IMG/VR virus record: IMGVR_UViG_2703718838_000011
Origin: a virus
Taxonomy: Duplodnaviria > Heunggongvirae > Uroviricota > Caudoviricetes
Strand: one strand, 5' to 3'
DNA: 43,299 nt
The first letter of the stretch is position 1. Each line of letters starts with the position of its first letter. The notes below the pieces were generated by a model. It saw nothing but the letters and a program-made list of their open reading frames with translations, was not told the origin of the DNA and did no database searches. A program made the translations under genes and the position numbers. Positions 9,366 to 19,392 of the stretch are shown here, piece after piece.

Positions 9366-10868
9366 TTAAGCTCCTGTTGATTCAGCCCGAGTGCGGAACT
9401 GATTGAGCAGCGCGAAAATGCGCAACTGGTTCATGAGGGTTCCCGGCCACAGCACATCGACGCGGTTCGGATTTTTGGCGTTCTGCTCGACGATGATATT
9501 TTTTGCGAATGCCTCCGCATCCTGCGCATAACCGTTCCATACCAGAGTCTGGTACTCGGCAATCTGATCGGCCTTGATAATGTTTGGCGTGACGATCGCC
9601 GCGCCAGGTGCAAATCGGGTTCCATCCGCAGCAAGCTTCATACGGCCAAACTTGCTGGTCACCGCTGTGCGCAGGTAGCGGGTCACAAACATCAGGCTGA
9701 ACAGCGTCTCCACTTCCAGATAACTGTCATCTGCATCGCCATAGCTGTTTTTCTGGTAGGTGGTGATCAGGTTTTCAATGCGCACCGTGCCATCGTCATC
9801 GACCGTAAATGTCGAAATGCCGCTGTACAGCAGATTGTTACGCTCGGTCAGCTCAAAGCGATCCTGCAGTTCTGGCGCAAGTACCCCCTGAACGGCGAGC
9901 GACTGTAGCGGGCGGCCCGGATCATTACGCAGACTCACCGCCGCTGCGCCGGTGTAAGCTGCAGACCATGCCCAGGAAGGGGACGGCGATTTATTTACGC
10001 CCAGCAGGGTCTCATGCTGGTTATTGCGCAGCTCACCTTTGGTACCGAGCTGGGCGTAAGTCCCGGTTGTGGTACCAAAGGAATGGCCATAAAGCTGCTT
10101 GTCCCATGCCCAGCGACCGCCAGTGTCTGACAGGAACGCCTTCATCACATTCAACGAGGTTGTATCGTCGTAAGGGTTGATGATGAAATCGAATGTCCGA
10201 TCCTGCAGGTTAGCCAGCGCGCCGGTAATATCCGGAGCCCCGGCTCCGTTAGACATAGCAGTAATCGTCAGTTCCAGGCCTGCAGGTGTCGACTCGCCTC
10301 CCGGTAAGCCGAGGAAGTTCAGGCGAATGTCGATTCCGTTACCCGTAGCACCAAGGTTCTTCGCGGTCAGGGTTACGGTATCCGTAGCCGCGCTGGCGGT
10401 TACAGGTAGCGTGGTTTTTGCGTTAATCGCCGCGGCCAGAGAGGTGGCGATCGCTGCCACCGTATCTGTTGCCACAACGGTCAACTGAATGCGTTCACCA
10501 GCAATATAAAGGGAGATCACTCCGGTTGCCGTCGGTGCGCTGCTCACTTTAATGGTGCCGGTTGCAGCCACCATGGAATCGGAGTCTTCCTCCAGCGGCA
10601 GGATCCAGACTTCGGCTGCGGTATCATTTTTCTGATACGCCGCCATCATAGCCTGCAGAATTCCCCCTTTTCCTGTCAGCTCACCGACGGTATCCGAAGA
10701 GGAAACTCGCTGCGGAATACCTGGGGGGGTTGAGCCGGTACTGAGCATCCCACCGATAAGCAGGGTGCGCTGCGTGGCAGTGGCGTTATTCGCCATTGAG
10801 TTATCAAACTCAACGAAGAAAAGCCCTACCCGCAGGTTATCGGGAACACGAGCGAAAGGTACGGTCAT
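9366..10868 (-). CDS. contractile tail sheath protein
   Basis: 500-aa ORF, ATG at 10868; size and position typical of Mu/P2-type sheath. Confidence 0.85.
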   Translation of the reverse strand: MTVPFARVPDNLRVGLFFVEFDNSMANNATATQRTLLIGGMLSTGSTPPGIPQRVSSSDTVGELTGKGGILQAMMAAYQKNDTAAEVWILPLEEDSDSMVAATGTIKVSSAPTATGVISLYIAGERIQLTVVATDTVAAIATSLAAAINAKTTLPVTASAATDTVTLTAKNLGATGNGIDIRLNFLGLPGGESTPAGLELTITAMSNGAGAPDITGALANLQDRTFDFIINPYDDTTSLNVMKAFLSDTGGRWAWDKQLYGHSFGTTTGTYAQLGTKGELRNNQHETLLGVNKSPSPSWAWSAAYTGAAAVSLRNDPGRPLQSLAVQGVLAPELQDRFELTERNNLLYSGISTFTVDDDGTVRIENLITTYQKNSYGDADDSYLEVETLFSLMFVTRYLRTAVTSKFGRMKLAADGTRFAPGAAIVTPNIIKADQIAEYQTLVWNGYAQDAEAFAKNIIVEQNAKNPNRVDVLWPGTLMNQLRIFALLNQFRTRAESTGA

Positions 10869-11062
10869 TCATTTTCTCCCGCTTTTTTAGGTAAGGATTG
10901 TTTCTCTGGCGCGCCCTCATCCTTTTTAGAGAGGATCACGTCCCCATCGCTCAGACGGCGACGCCAGAAAATATTGTCAGGTACTTCAGCACCCTCTTTA
11001 GGCAATGGGATGCCCTTGACGGGGCAGCGAACGCTGAGCCCGTTGTTCGGCTTAACAAACAT
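10865..11062 (-). CDS. small tail-module protein (DUF2635-like)
   Basis: 65-aa ORF overlapping sheath start; conserved position upstream of sheath in Mu-like tails. Confidence 0.45.
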   Translation of the reverse strand: MFVKPNNGLSVRCPVKGIPLPKEGAEVPDNIFWRRRLSDGDVILSKKDEGAPEKQSLPKKAGENE

Positions 11063-11065
11063 GGA

Positions 11066-11611
11066 TTACTCCTGAAGATTGAGGCTGATACCCGGTTTAA
11101 CTGTGCCGTCTGGCATGTCGACCGCAATATCCATGCCCTCAAGGGGAACCGACTGGACAGGATAAAAATCTTCCGGCCCCTGGTAATGCTCTATGTCGAT
11201 CTCGAAAAGAAGCTGCCCCATATGGGCCTCTCCTTCTGAATCAACATTGATGGTTGAACGAACTTCCGCGTATTTCTGAATATTCCGCGTCAGTTCGTAG
11301 CTGTTGATCACCGCGCGCTCCACCTGCTCGCGAAGGCTTTCAAGCGCCAGCTCTGCCCGCATGGCTCCATCATCCACTGTATCGCCGTCATACTCCTGAA
11401 CGCGCCCGGTGATCCTGACAGTGGTGAGGGTGGTAAAAGCAGGGGTATTACGCCCCTGTGATTTTTTCTGTTCAAAAGGCGTCTGAACCAACAACACAGG
11501 ATACATATCTGGTGAAGTTGACCAGTCGCGTGGAGAGAATACGCGGTCGCCCGCGCTGGTTGTCCCGGTTAGTGCAGTGACAACCATTTGCCGAATCGCT
11601 GCTGAATTCAT
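11066..11611 (-). CDS. tail completion/terminator-like protein (Mu gp37-like)
   Basis: 181-aa ORF, ATG at 11611; position between head and tail modules. Confidence 0.45.
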   Translation of the reverse strand: MNSAAIRQMVVTALTGTTSAGDRVFSPRDWSTSPDMYPVLLVQTPFEQKKSQGRNTPAFTTLTTVRITGRVQEYDGDTVDDGAMRAELALESLREQVERAVINSYELTRNIQKYAEVRSTINVDSEGEAHMGQLLFEIDIEHYQGPEDFYPVQSVPLEGMDIAVDMPDGTVKPGISLNLQE

Positions 11612-11967
11612 CGCGGTTTTACCACATTGAGGACAAGACGAGATCCGCCATGACTGTCGGGTTCGACGTTTGACACAACAAATAACTGATTGATGATGTG
11701 ACCACCGACCGTCTTTATAAATACCCGGTCAGATACAGCAGGTTGCGATTTACCCAGCTTGCGAAATTCAGCATCGCGCACACCCAACATCGGGCTGGAG
11801 GTGTTAATTTCTGAATCGCCATCAAGGTTTTCAGCAACCTGCGCATAACCACGGTCAAAAATCCCGTTAATTGTAAAAGGAGTACCGTTACGTGGACGGT
11901 ACTCGTGCTCATCGCCAAAGACATCATGCAGCGGACTCAGAAGATGAGAATCCCAGTCCACGCCCAT
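11608..11967 (-). CDS. head-tail joining / virion morphogenesis protein (Mu gp36-like)
   Basis: ATG at 11967 (track start 12072 is an upstream extension); 119 aa. Confidence 0.4.
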   Translation of the reverse strand: MGVDWDSHLLSPLHDVFGDEHEYRPRNGTPFTINGIFDRGYAQVAENLDGDSEINTSSPMLGVRDAEFRKLGKSQPAVSDRVFIKTVGGHIINQLFVVSNVEPDSHGGSRLVLNVVKPR

Positions 11968-11971
11968 GTCA

Positions 11972-12352
11972 TTACCCTGTCGTAACTGAAACTGATGGCT
12001 GAGAAGCAAGAACTCGCTTACGAAGCACATCAACATCAGCAATAACGCCGGACTGCAGAAGACGCTCAGCATCTTTGCCGGTTACAGGGATGCGCATATT
12101 TTCGCGGTACATCTCCCCGTCATGACGAATGCAATTCCCTTTCAACACCACATACTCCTGCGATTCAGTGTCTCCGGATTTTTCGTCACCACCATCGTCA
12201 TCAACAGACAATTCGGCATCATCTGTTTTGCTCAAAGGCTGTTTTTCCTGGGTGTTATCGCCAGCATTCAGGTCGTCAACGCTCAGGCCGTCTTTGGCAG
12301 ATCCTTCTGCATTCAGATCATCAGCCAGCCCGGTATTAGGTTGTTTTGCCAT
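11972..12352 (-). CDS. hypothetical acidic protein, head-completion position
   Basis: ATG at 12352 two nt after capsid stop, SD GGTGG; 126 aa with an Asp/Glu-rich N-terminal half. Confidence 0.4.
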   Translation of the reverse strand: MAKQPNTGLADDLNAEGSAKDGLSVDDLNAGDNTQEKQPLSKTDDAELSVDDDGGDEKSGDTESQEYVVLKGNCIRHDGEMYRENMRIPVTGKDAERLLQSGVIADVDVLRKRVLASQPSVSVTTG

Positions 12353-12353
12353 A

Positions 12354-13403
12354 TCAGACCACCGTTGCGCAGAGGGATGCATTTACCCGGCTCGGAATAA
12401 CCAGCGGGGAGGATTGCATCAGGATAAGACGCTGGGCTGGATCTTCTTTCACCCAGGATTTTGGCGCATAAGCCAGCGGACCGTAGTTGAAAGCCGGGTC
12501 CAGGATAACGCCAAAGGCGCGGGTACCCATCAGATCGGCACCACTCATAATGACAGCGCCATCGGGGATCATAGGCTTCTCGACGTTGTCCAGCGGGTCA
12601 ATAAACCAGTCGTTATATAACCAGAGGTCAAAGTTACCCCAGCGCCCTTTATAAATTGCGCCCTTCATTACCTGTGGGCCGGCGTTAATCTGGTTACCAA
12701 ACGGGCTCAGCGCCGGGAATGTAATGGCGTTATCCTTGATGGTGGTATCCAGTCGGAATGCACGCCATGACTTATTCGTAAAGACCAGATCCGTGGCGAC
12801 AGAGCCGGACTCTTTCAGGAAAGTAGTCTGCCAGATTTCAATGTCATCTGATGGCTGGGTATTGGTAGCGCCAGCTGCAACGGTCAGAGGCCATTTATCC
12901 GAGCCGCTAAGAGTGATGGTCAGATCCGAAGCACGACCGAAATCCACCACCTTAGTTTCATAGCCCTCCCCGGCGACGGTTACGGTCCCGGACACCAGCG
13001 CACTGGCCGCCATCCATTCCAGACGACGGTTGATCATGTCAATCTGGTCAGCCATTTCAAACTGAAGGTTCAGCATTTCGCGCTCGGCAGCGGTATATTC
13101 CCCGCCAATACGCTCACCAATCTGGCGACGGATAGGTTTGCGCAGGTCCGGCGCGCGCTTATCTTTGATGTATGCCGGTTTAAAGGTATTGGTCTGGTAT
13201 TTACGGGATTCGACCAGCTTACCTTCCACCAGCGGGGAGACGAACGGCGCCATACGACGCAGGCCGACATCAACATCAATCGCCACTTCTTCAGTCTCGT
13301 AAGTCACGATATTCGGGAAGAAGCGATCGAGCAGCCAGTTCTGACTGGTTTTCAGGTTAGGAACAACCTGCGCCAGCACGCTGGTATCAAAAATATTTTC
13401 CAT
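12354..13403 (-). CDS. major capsid protein (lambda gpE family)
   Basis: 349 aa from ATG 13403; C-terminal region ...GPLAYAPKSWVKEDPAQRLILMQSSPL resembles lambda gpE C-terminus (YPKNWV..DPA..MIQSAPL). Confidence 0.85.
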   Translation of the reverse strand: MENIFDTSVLAQVVPNLKTSQNWLLDRFFPNIVTYETEEVAIDVDVGLRRMAPFVSPLVEGKLVESRKYQTNTFKPAYIKDKRAPDLRKPIRRQIGERIGGEYTAAEREMLNLQFEMADQIDMINRRLEWMAASALVSGTVTVAGEGYETKVVDFGRASDLTITLSGSDKWPLTVAAGATNTQPSDDIEIWQTTFLKESGSVATDLVFTNKSWRAFRLDTTIKDNAITFPALSPFGNQINAGPQVMKGAIYKGRWGNFDLWLYNDWFIDPLDNVEKPMIPDGAVIMSGADLMGTRAFGVILDPAFNYGPLAYAPKSWVKEDPAQRLILMQSSPLVIPSRVNASLCATVV

Positions 13404-13500
13404 ATTCAGTCTCTTGATAGTGCCAGCCGCAGCTGGCAAAAAATTTAAACGAGCCAGCCCCTGCCGGTTAAAGCATTCGTCAGGAGAGCCGTGGGGGAAA

Positions 13501-13905
13501 TCAGGAGGTGGTTACAGGTGCCTGGTCACTGTCTTTCAGGAAGATAGCCAGCGGTCGGAGCGCTTTTTTCAGGTCAGCGGTCGTCCAGGAGTTATCAAAA
13601 ATAATTCGGTGCTGGTTGAATTCCCCCATCAGATACAGGCCGCCGTTCTGATCGGAAGACGATGCATCAACATCATCAACCAGAATAGCAACGGGTAACT
13701 GACTGCCATCTTCAGCCGTTTTCACACATTGCGTGTATTTCCCGCTGGCAGCCACCAGGCCCAGGACAGTACCACGCTTAAAGGCACCGCCCGTAATGAT
13801 CCCGGTGTCAGTCACCAGCTGGAGCGTGCCAGCGACAAGCTGATCCGGAACAAACAGCGCGCTCTTCATGCCAGGCGCAAACGCATTCTGACCAAACTGA
13901 TCCAT
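13501..13905 (-). CDS. head decoration protein (gpD-like)
   Basis: 134-aa ORF between scaffold and capsid genes, SD AGGAGA. Confidence 0.65.
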   Translation of the reverse strand: MDQFGQNAFAPGMKSALFVPDQLVAGTLQLVTDTGIITGGAFKRGTVLGLVAASGKYTQCVKTAEDGSQLPVAILVDDVDASSSDQNGGLYLMGEFNQHRIIFDNSWTTADLKKALRPLAIFLKDSDQAPVTTS

Positions 13906-14495
13906 TATTTCTCTCCTCTTGTGGAGTTGTAGAGGCCGGTCATTTTACTTACCAGCGCAGACTTTCCGGTCTCTTTCTGTCCGCTATCCGGATTAAGCCG
14001 GACCTGGTGGCTTTCCTGCATACGCTGATCGAGAGAGCGTTTACGGGATGGCTGAGATGCGGCTGCGGCCGGAGCCGAAGAGGCCAGGACATTAATTGCT
14101 GCCGCAGAACTCATCCCGGTATTGAAAGCCAGTGACGCGGCCAGTGAAGGATTCGCAGCTGCATGCTTACTGCCGAAAATACGGGCGCAGCGTTTACGCT
14201 CAGCAGCGCGTGCATTTTTTACCGCCTTACTCTCTTTGCGATCGTCGTCGCCGTCGTCTTCAGAATCATCATCTTCTGACGCATCCGGATCATCTCCGTC
14301 ATCTTCAGCATCATCGTCGCGTTCGTCTTCTTCCGCGTCGTCGTCGCGCTCATCATCATCGGCATCATCTTCGCGCTCGTCCTCTTCCGCGCGACGGGCT
14401 TTCGCTTTTTTGGCTTTTTTATCCTCTTCTTCCTCAGAAGCGGAAGGGCCAAGACCAATGAGGTGAGCAAAACTAAACGTCTTTTTCTTTGCCAT
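13905..14495 (-). CDS. scaffold protein (Nu3-like) with acidic low-complexity repeats
   Basis: ATG at 14495 with SD AGGAG directly after protease stop; long Asp/Glu-rich region. Confidence 0.55.
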   Translation of the reverse strand: MAKKKTFSFAHLIGLGPSASEEEEDKKAKKAKARRAEEDEREDDADDDERDDDAEEDERDDDAEDDGDDPDASEDDDSEDDGDDDRKESKAVKNARAAERKRCARIFGSKHAAANPSLAASLAFNTGMSSAAAINVLASSAPAAAASQPSRKRSLDQRMQESHQVRLNPDSGQKETGKSALVSKMTGLYNSTRGEK

Positions 14496-14496
14496 T

Positions 14497-15363
14497 TCAG
14501 GCTCCTGTTTTTTCAAGTAAGTTTTTGAACGCAGCGTCAGGAGGACACACCTCATCAGCCAGTCCAATTTCAACGCCATCAGCAGCCATAAAACAGGCGG
14601 CCTGGGTACTTTTTATAACCTTTGCGCTAATCCCCCGGTTTCTGGCAACAGTGTTCACAAACAATTCGCCCATGGTGTTAATGTCCTGCTGGATGGCGGC
14701 CAGCGCTTCATCTGACAACTCTCTCAGCGGCGAACCTTCAGCCTTGCGGGATCCATAGGTGATGATCGTAACTTTAAGACCGTCATCTTTAATCCGCTGC
14801 GTCCAGTCAAGGTGCATGGTGATCACACCCACAGAACCCACTCCGCCGGTGCGCGGAACAGAAATCCGGTCCGCTGCACTGGCAATGGCATACGCAGCGG
14901 AATAAGCGCTTTCCGTCAGAATGGCATGGATAGGCTTTTTCCCCCGGGAGCCGTAAATGACATCAACCAGATCGAAGCATCCAGCGACCTCGCCGCCAGG
15001 TGAGTCGATATCCAGGCAAATGCCCGAAATGTCGGGATCCTCCATCGCAGTAAGAAACGCCTGACGAATGCCGTCATACCCTGTCATTCCACTGTACGGA
15101 CGCAGACTGCCCAGTTTTTGCACCAGCGTTCCGCATATCGGGATGACGGCGACACCCAGCACATTGTCATAACCCGGATCACTACGGGATTCACGTCCCC
15201 GGTTATCGTCATATCCGTACCAGTCATCCTCCATGGCAAGAGAAGATTCGATTTTACTGATACCAAATCGGTCCATTACGGATGCCATGATGACTTCGGC
15301 TTTACTCGGGTGCAGCGCCAGCGGGGTGTTAAATAATCGCTGGGCCAGATGGGGTAGATTCAC
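14497..15363 (-). CDS. head maturation protease, S49 peptidase family (gpC-like)
   Basis: 288-aa ORF downstream of portal; ClpP/SppA-like sequence features. Confidence 0.8.
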   Translation of the reverse strand: MNLPHLAQRLFNTPLALHPSKAEVIMASVMDRFGISKIESSLAMEDDWYGYDDNRGRESRSDPGYDNVLGVAVIPICGTLVQKLGSLRPYSGMTGYDGIRQAFLTAMEDPDISGICLDIDSPGGEVAGCFDLVDVIYGSRGKKPIHAILTESAYSAAYAIASAADRISVPRTGGVGSVGVITMHLDWTQRIKDDGLKVTIITYGSRKAEGSPLRELSDEALAAIQQDINTMGELFVNTVARNRGISAKVIKSTQAACFMAADGVEIGLADEVCPPDAAFKNLLEKTGA

Positions 15364-16997
15364 TTTTCCTCCGGATCGGTAATGGTCTGGCTCGCAAACT
15401 GGTCAGCCTGTGCCCAGCTCGGAAGCGGTAATCCGCGTTTAAGACATGACTCAATTTCTCTCTGGCGCTGATCAAGCACTTCTTCCCAGTCTTCACCGAC
15501 GTTTTCACCCACCTCAATCTCGAGGGTGGAAAGTCCGGCATCCAGACCAAGAATGGCGCCTTTTTTCTCTGCAACCGGATCCACCCAGCCGCGCCCTGGC
15601 CCCATCCAGCGCGCGCGAGAATACGCGGCTCTGGCGTCAACAAAATCAGGTGCGCCTGCGGGCAGGGGTAAATCCTCATTGTCGTGAACTTCTTCAACAA
15701 AGGCGGTGAGAATGGGCTGAGCGAAGCCGGTAGAAAAATCGTCCCGGCGGCGAGTCAGTGTTTTCCATGCCTCCAGCAACGAGGAGCGTGCAGAACTGTA
15801 ATTAACGTCAGACCAGTCCTGGGTGACCTGCTGTGGGGACAACCCTGTTCCTGAAGAAAAATTACGGAGAACAGCAGATTCGAAGACTTCAAAATTGCTG
15901 TAGGGCCGCGCCGCGTTAACCGTCGTGATTTTCTCACCAGGATAAAGAATGGGCATTCGGGCACCATTCTGAAGTGTCAGACGCCGATCGTTATGGAACT
16001 CAACACGCCCGTCCTGATAAGTGCCTAACTCCGACTCGTCATAGGTCTCGCCCAGGGCAGACTGAACCATCGCAGGGTCATAGGGTGACTCAATGTAAGC
16101 GGCGAATATGGCATTAAGAATTGCTGCCTCAAGCTCACTCTGGTCATACTTCACCAGCATTTTCAGACGCTGAATAACCGGAGTCAGGATGCCGTTACCG
16201 CGGTGCTGCGCGCCACGCTCATGATCAAAATCGTGAACCACATGCGGGCGGCCCCAGTCAGTTTCACGCGGGATACGCTGCCACGTCATGGTTTTAGCCC
16301 CGCTCCACCAGTCACCGATATGGGCCTCCCTGATGTGGTAAGCAACCGGCGCACCGTCCGCATCAATTTCAACGCCACCACGGACATTTGGCATATCGAA
16401 ATTCTGCTGAGGATTACTGAGGCGGTCAGGATCGACAATCTGTACCGTGGTGGCGTAACGCCCTCTTCCGGGACCAAGCCTGTCAGTTCTGTACTGGAGA
16501 ATGGCCAGAGCATCCCCGTCAATAAGCTTGTGACGAAATCCCAGGCGTAACATCTGCGACACGGTGAGTTTTCGTTCAACATCACAATACCGGCCAGGAT
16601 CGTTACTCCAGGTCCGCCAGTGCCCGTCCAGTGCTTTTCCGTACTCTTCCGCCCAGGACGCATCAAACGCCTTGTTTCCGGTGATCATTCTGAGAACACG
16701 GTAATCGGGTTTCATGATGGGGCGGAAGTTGGCACCAACCGCATTATCCAGCAGACGTGTGACCGCACCGTTTGCCCAGCCGTCATTACGGACCAGATCG
16801 CGTGCGCGGGACACGATGCGATCCCGGTAAATGTTAATTTCATTGTCCGGGGACCACAGCGCGGGTTGCCAGTTCGCCAGTTGATCGCTGAAAGAGTCAG
16901 CTGCGTCATAAGGTACGCGGCTCCCCCCCACCAGCATAGAGGGACGCTGCTGTCGCAACGGCTGCCCATCAGAGCCCAGTATCTGTACTTTATTCAT
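15360..16997 (-). CDS. portal protein (lambda gpB family)
   Basis: 545-aa ORF following gpW, ATG at 16997 overlapping gpW stop. Confidence 0.85.
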   Translation of the reverse strand: MNKVQILGSDGQPLRQQRPSMLVGGSRVPYDAADSFSDQLANWQPALWSPDNEINIYRDRIVSRARDLVRNDGWANGAVTRLLDNAVGANFRPIMKPDYRVLRMITGNKAFDASWAEEYGKALDGHWRTWSNDPGRYCDVERKLTVSQMLRLGFRHKLIDGDALAILQYRTDRLGPGRGRYATTVQIVDPDRLSNPQQNFDMPNVRGGVEIDADGAPVAYHIREAHIGDWWSGAKTMTWQRIPRETDWGRPHVVHDFDHERGAQHRGNGILTPVIQRLKMLVKYDQSELEAAILNAIFAAYIESPYDPAMVQSALGETYDESELGTYQDGRVEFHNDRRLTLQNGARMPILYPGEKITTVNAARPYSNFEVFESAVLRNFSSGTGLSPQQVTQDWSDVNYSSARSSLLEAWKTLTRRRDDFSTGFAQPILTAFVEEVHDNEDLPLPAGAPDFVDARAAYSRARWMGPGRGWVDPVAEKKGAILGLDAGLSTLEIEVGENVGEDWEEVLDQRQREIESCLKRGLPLPSWAQADQFASQTITDPEEK

Positions 16998-17260
16998 CAG
17001 AATCTAAACCTCGCTGGTTTCCGGGGACGAGAGATAATCCCCAGTTGCGCCTGCAGAAGTTGAATCAGGGCCAGCAGATCAGCCAGGGTGCTTTGCTGAT
17101 AGGACACTGATCGCGTCCCGTCTCCCTGCGTATAGGAAAACGAAACACCGTGGCTCCCGGTTGCTAAATCAATGTACGCCTGCTGAGCTTTCGCAAGCGC
17201 ATCCCTGAGCTGATCGTCAGTCATTGCGCCGGCAAGCAGGCTGGTGTTCCGGTTGAACAT
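16997..17260 (-). CDS. head-tail joining protein gpW
   Basis: 87-aa ORF between terminase large subunit and portal, as in lambda. Confidence 0.7.
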   Translation of the reverse strand: MFNRNTSLLAGAMTDDQLRDALAKAQQAYIDLATGSHGVSFSYTQGDGTRSVSYQQSTLADLLALIQLLQAQLGIISRPRKPARFRF

Positions 17261-17268
17261 GATTTTCC

Positions 17269-19392
17269 TTATTTCGGCAGGAGTTGCGATATTCGCTTAC
17301 GTTTGACCGGCGCTGGTTCTTCAATAACCGCACCCGGCAGCTCGTAATTGATTTTTTCTTCCTGTCCAACTGGCGCTGGCAGGAACTTATCCGGATCGGC
17401 TTCGAGGTTGGCGGCCCGGACGTTGAGTTTTAACCCCATATGTTTGAGACCGCACAGCGCGGCATAGCTGTAAACGAGGCAGTCAAGCGCTTCGTTAGCT
17501 CGTCCTGGTATTGCTTCCCAGATACTGTACCGCTGCCCGGAAATGACTTTGTAAACCAGTCGCTCCGCCAGCAGCTGATTGAAGTACCCGAGATCGCGAT
17601 CGTCAGGAAAATGCATATAACCCGCAGCGGCGGCGCCAGGTTTGGGTGGCTCAAGATGCAGGCGACCGCGTATCACGTCTTTCGCTGAGTTAACCCCCAG
17701 AATGACAGGGCGGAAACTGGCTTTGCTTTTCGATGATGGTCGTTTGGTCGGCCAGACAGGATTGCGTTTACCTCCCTGTGCAGACTCCCCCTTAATTGCC
17801 CAGACACGACGGCCAAGACGCTCTTTGGCGAATTCGTATACCTTCTGCGTATGGTGGCCACCGGAGTCCATGCACGTTGCCATGATATTCAGGCCGCGCC
17901 CGTCACCACGTCGCCAGATCTGTTTCAGGTATGCATCCAGTCGCTTCCAGGGTTCTTCCGTCTCAAGGTCACCATAAATAACGTCATGCGCGACCGACCA
18001 CGATTCTTCATCTCTCCCCCAGCCGGTGATCGTAATTTCGAAGCGATCGTCCTGGGTATCAACTCCAGCTGTTAACAATGCCACCCCGTCCGGAACGACG
18101 GCCGGAAATATTTCCCGGCGCGCCAGCAGAACATCAACAGGGAGCTGTTTCCCATGATTAGGTCGGTGCGGAAGCCCCATCTGGGTATTCCACCACGCCT
18201 GTTCCTTATCCGGATCGCCCTTCGCATCGATATATTTTTTCGCAATATCCGACGGCTTATCTTTTTGCCAGGGGCTGAAAAGCTTGGATGCCTGGTACCC
18301 CGCGTGGTGGTTATCGACTGCCTCCTTTCCACAGGAGGGGCAGATTGCGCGATAGACCGCATGCCGTTCCGACTCTGACCATTGCCAGACCTTTTCAACG
18401 CTGCCCTCGTCTGCCGCCCGCCAGGCAAGGTCATAATCCATCAGCGGTGAGTGCCGCTCCCCGCAGCACTCAAATGGGCGCGTCTGATGCCATCGAATAG
18501 TGTGCAGAGCTCTGAGGCGCTGTCCTTCGGACCAGCCACTACCACAGCATTCGCAATAGAGCATCGCCGATTTAGTCAGGTGTTTATCTCCCTCTTTCGG
18601 CCACTGAACGTGTTTGAAAAAGTCGGGGAACTGGCGGTGGCCACAGTGCGGGCAAACCACAGATGCCCGGCGCTGATCGGAGTCGGCGTAGCTGTCAGCA
18701 ATGCGGCTCTCATCCTCCACCGTCGGCGAACAGGCGCGTACAGACAGCCAGGTCAGGCCAAATGTCGCTGTACGCTCTTCGGCCAGCGCAATTGGATCGC
18801 CTTCGCGGGTTATCGGGTACTTGTCCACTTCATCCGCCAGCAGGACACGAATCGGACGACGCGCAAGGTTATCAGGGCTACCAGCACCCGCCAGCGCCAG
18901 AAATCCGCCAGTGAATGCCTTGTAAAGAATGGTTTCTTTCGAGCTTTTCTGTTTCGAATCACCGATGATTTTACGCAGTACCGGCGTCACCCTTACCAGC
19001 GGGCTAATACGCTCTTTCGAAAACTGTTCAGCGGCTTCTTCTTTCGGCTGCAGCAGCAGTATCGGACAAGGATCGAGGTGGGCAAAATAGCCAAAAAGGT
19101 TTTCCAGCAGTGCTGTCTTCATCAACTGGGTACAGCACATTACAGTGATGATATGAACCCCGGACTCCGTCGCGGCAAGCATCGGTCCGCGGGCAATTTC
19201 TACCGTCGATGTTTCCCAGTTTCCCGAAGTGCTCCCAGCCTCTTTTGCCAGCTTACGATAGTCATCTGCCCACTGCGGCACACTGATACGCGGCGGGGGT
19301 GTCCAGCCTTTGCGGACGCTTAATTCAAGACGCTCAATCTTCTGCCGGGTTAAACTCTGGCTCTCCGAGGACTGAGATGTGTTTGTGGACAT
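17269..19392 (-). CDS. terminase large subunit (lambda gpA family)
   Basis: 707 aa from ATG 19392 (track start 19398 is TTG); C-terminal NEALDC motif region as in lambda gpA. Confidence 0.9.
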   Translation of the reverse strand: MSTNTSQSSESQSLTRQKIERLELSVRKGWTPPPRISVPQWADDYRKLAKEAGSTSGNWETSTVEIARGPMLAATESGVHIITVMCCTQLMKTALLENLFGYFAHLDPCPILLLQPKEEAAEQFSKERISPLVRVTPVLRKIIGDSKQKSSKETILYKAFTGGFLALAGAGSPDNLARRPIRVLLADEVDKYPITREGDPIALAEERTATFGLTWLSVRACSPTVEDESRIADSYADSDQRRASVVCPHCGHRQFPDFFKHVQWPKEGDKHLTKSAMLYCECCGSGWSEGQRLRALHTIRWHQTRPFECCGERHSPLMDYDLAWRAADEGSVEKVWQWSESERHAVYRAICPSCGKEAVDNHHAGYQASKLFSPWQKDKPSDIAKKYIDAKGDPDKEQAWWNTQMGLPHRPNHGKQLPVDVLLARREIFPAVVPDGVALLTAGVDTQDDRFEITITGWGRDEESWSVAHDVIYGDLETEEPWKRLDAYLKQIWRRGDGRGLNIMATCMDSGGHHTQKVYEFAKERLGRRVWAIKGESAQGGKRNPVWPTKRPSSKSKASFRPVILGVNSAKDVIRGRLHLEPPKPGAAAAGYMHFPDDRDLGYFNQLLAERLVYKVISGQRYSIWEAIPGRANEALDCLVYSYAALCGLKHMGLKLNVRAANLEADPDKFLPAPVGQEEKINYELPGAVIEEPAPVKRKRISQLLPK

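Noticed and set aside
14122-14470. Several overlapping ORFs in both strands with Ser/Arg/His-rich low-complexity translations
   Set aside because: Frame artefacts of the acidic GA/GC-rich repeat region of the scaffold gene.
18451-19323. 290-aa plus-strand ORF
   Set aside because: Entirely antisense to the terminase large subunit gene; Arg/Ser/Pro-rich composition typical of GC-rich antisense frames.
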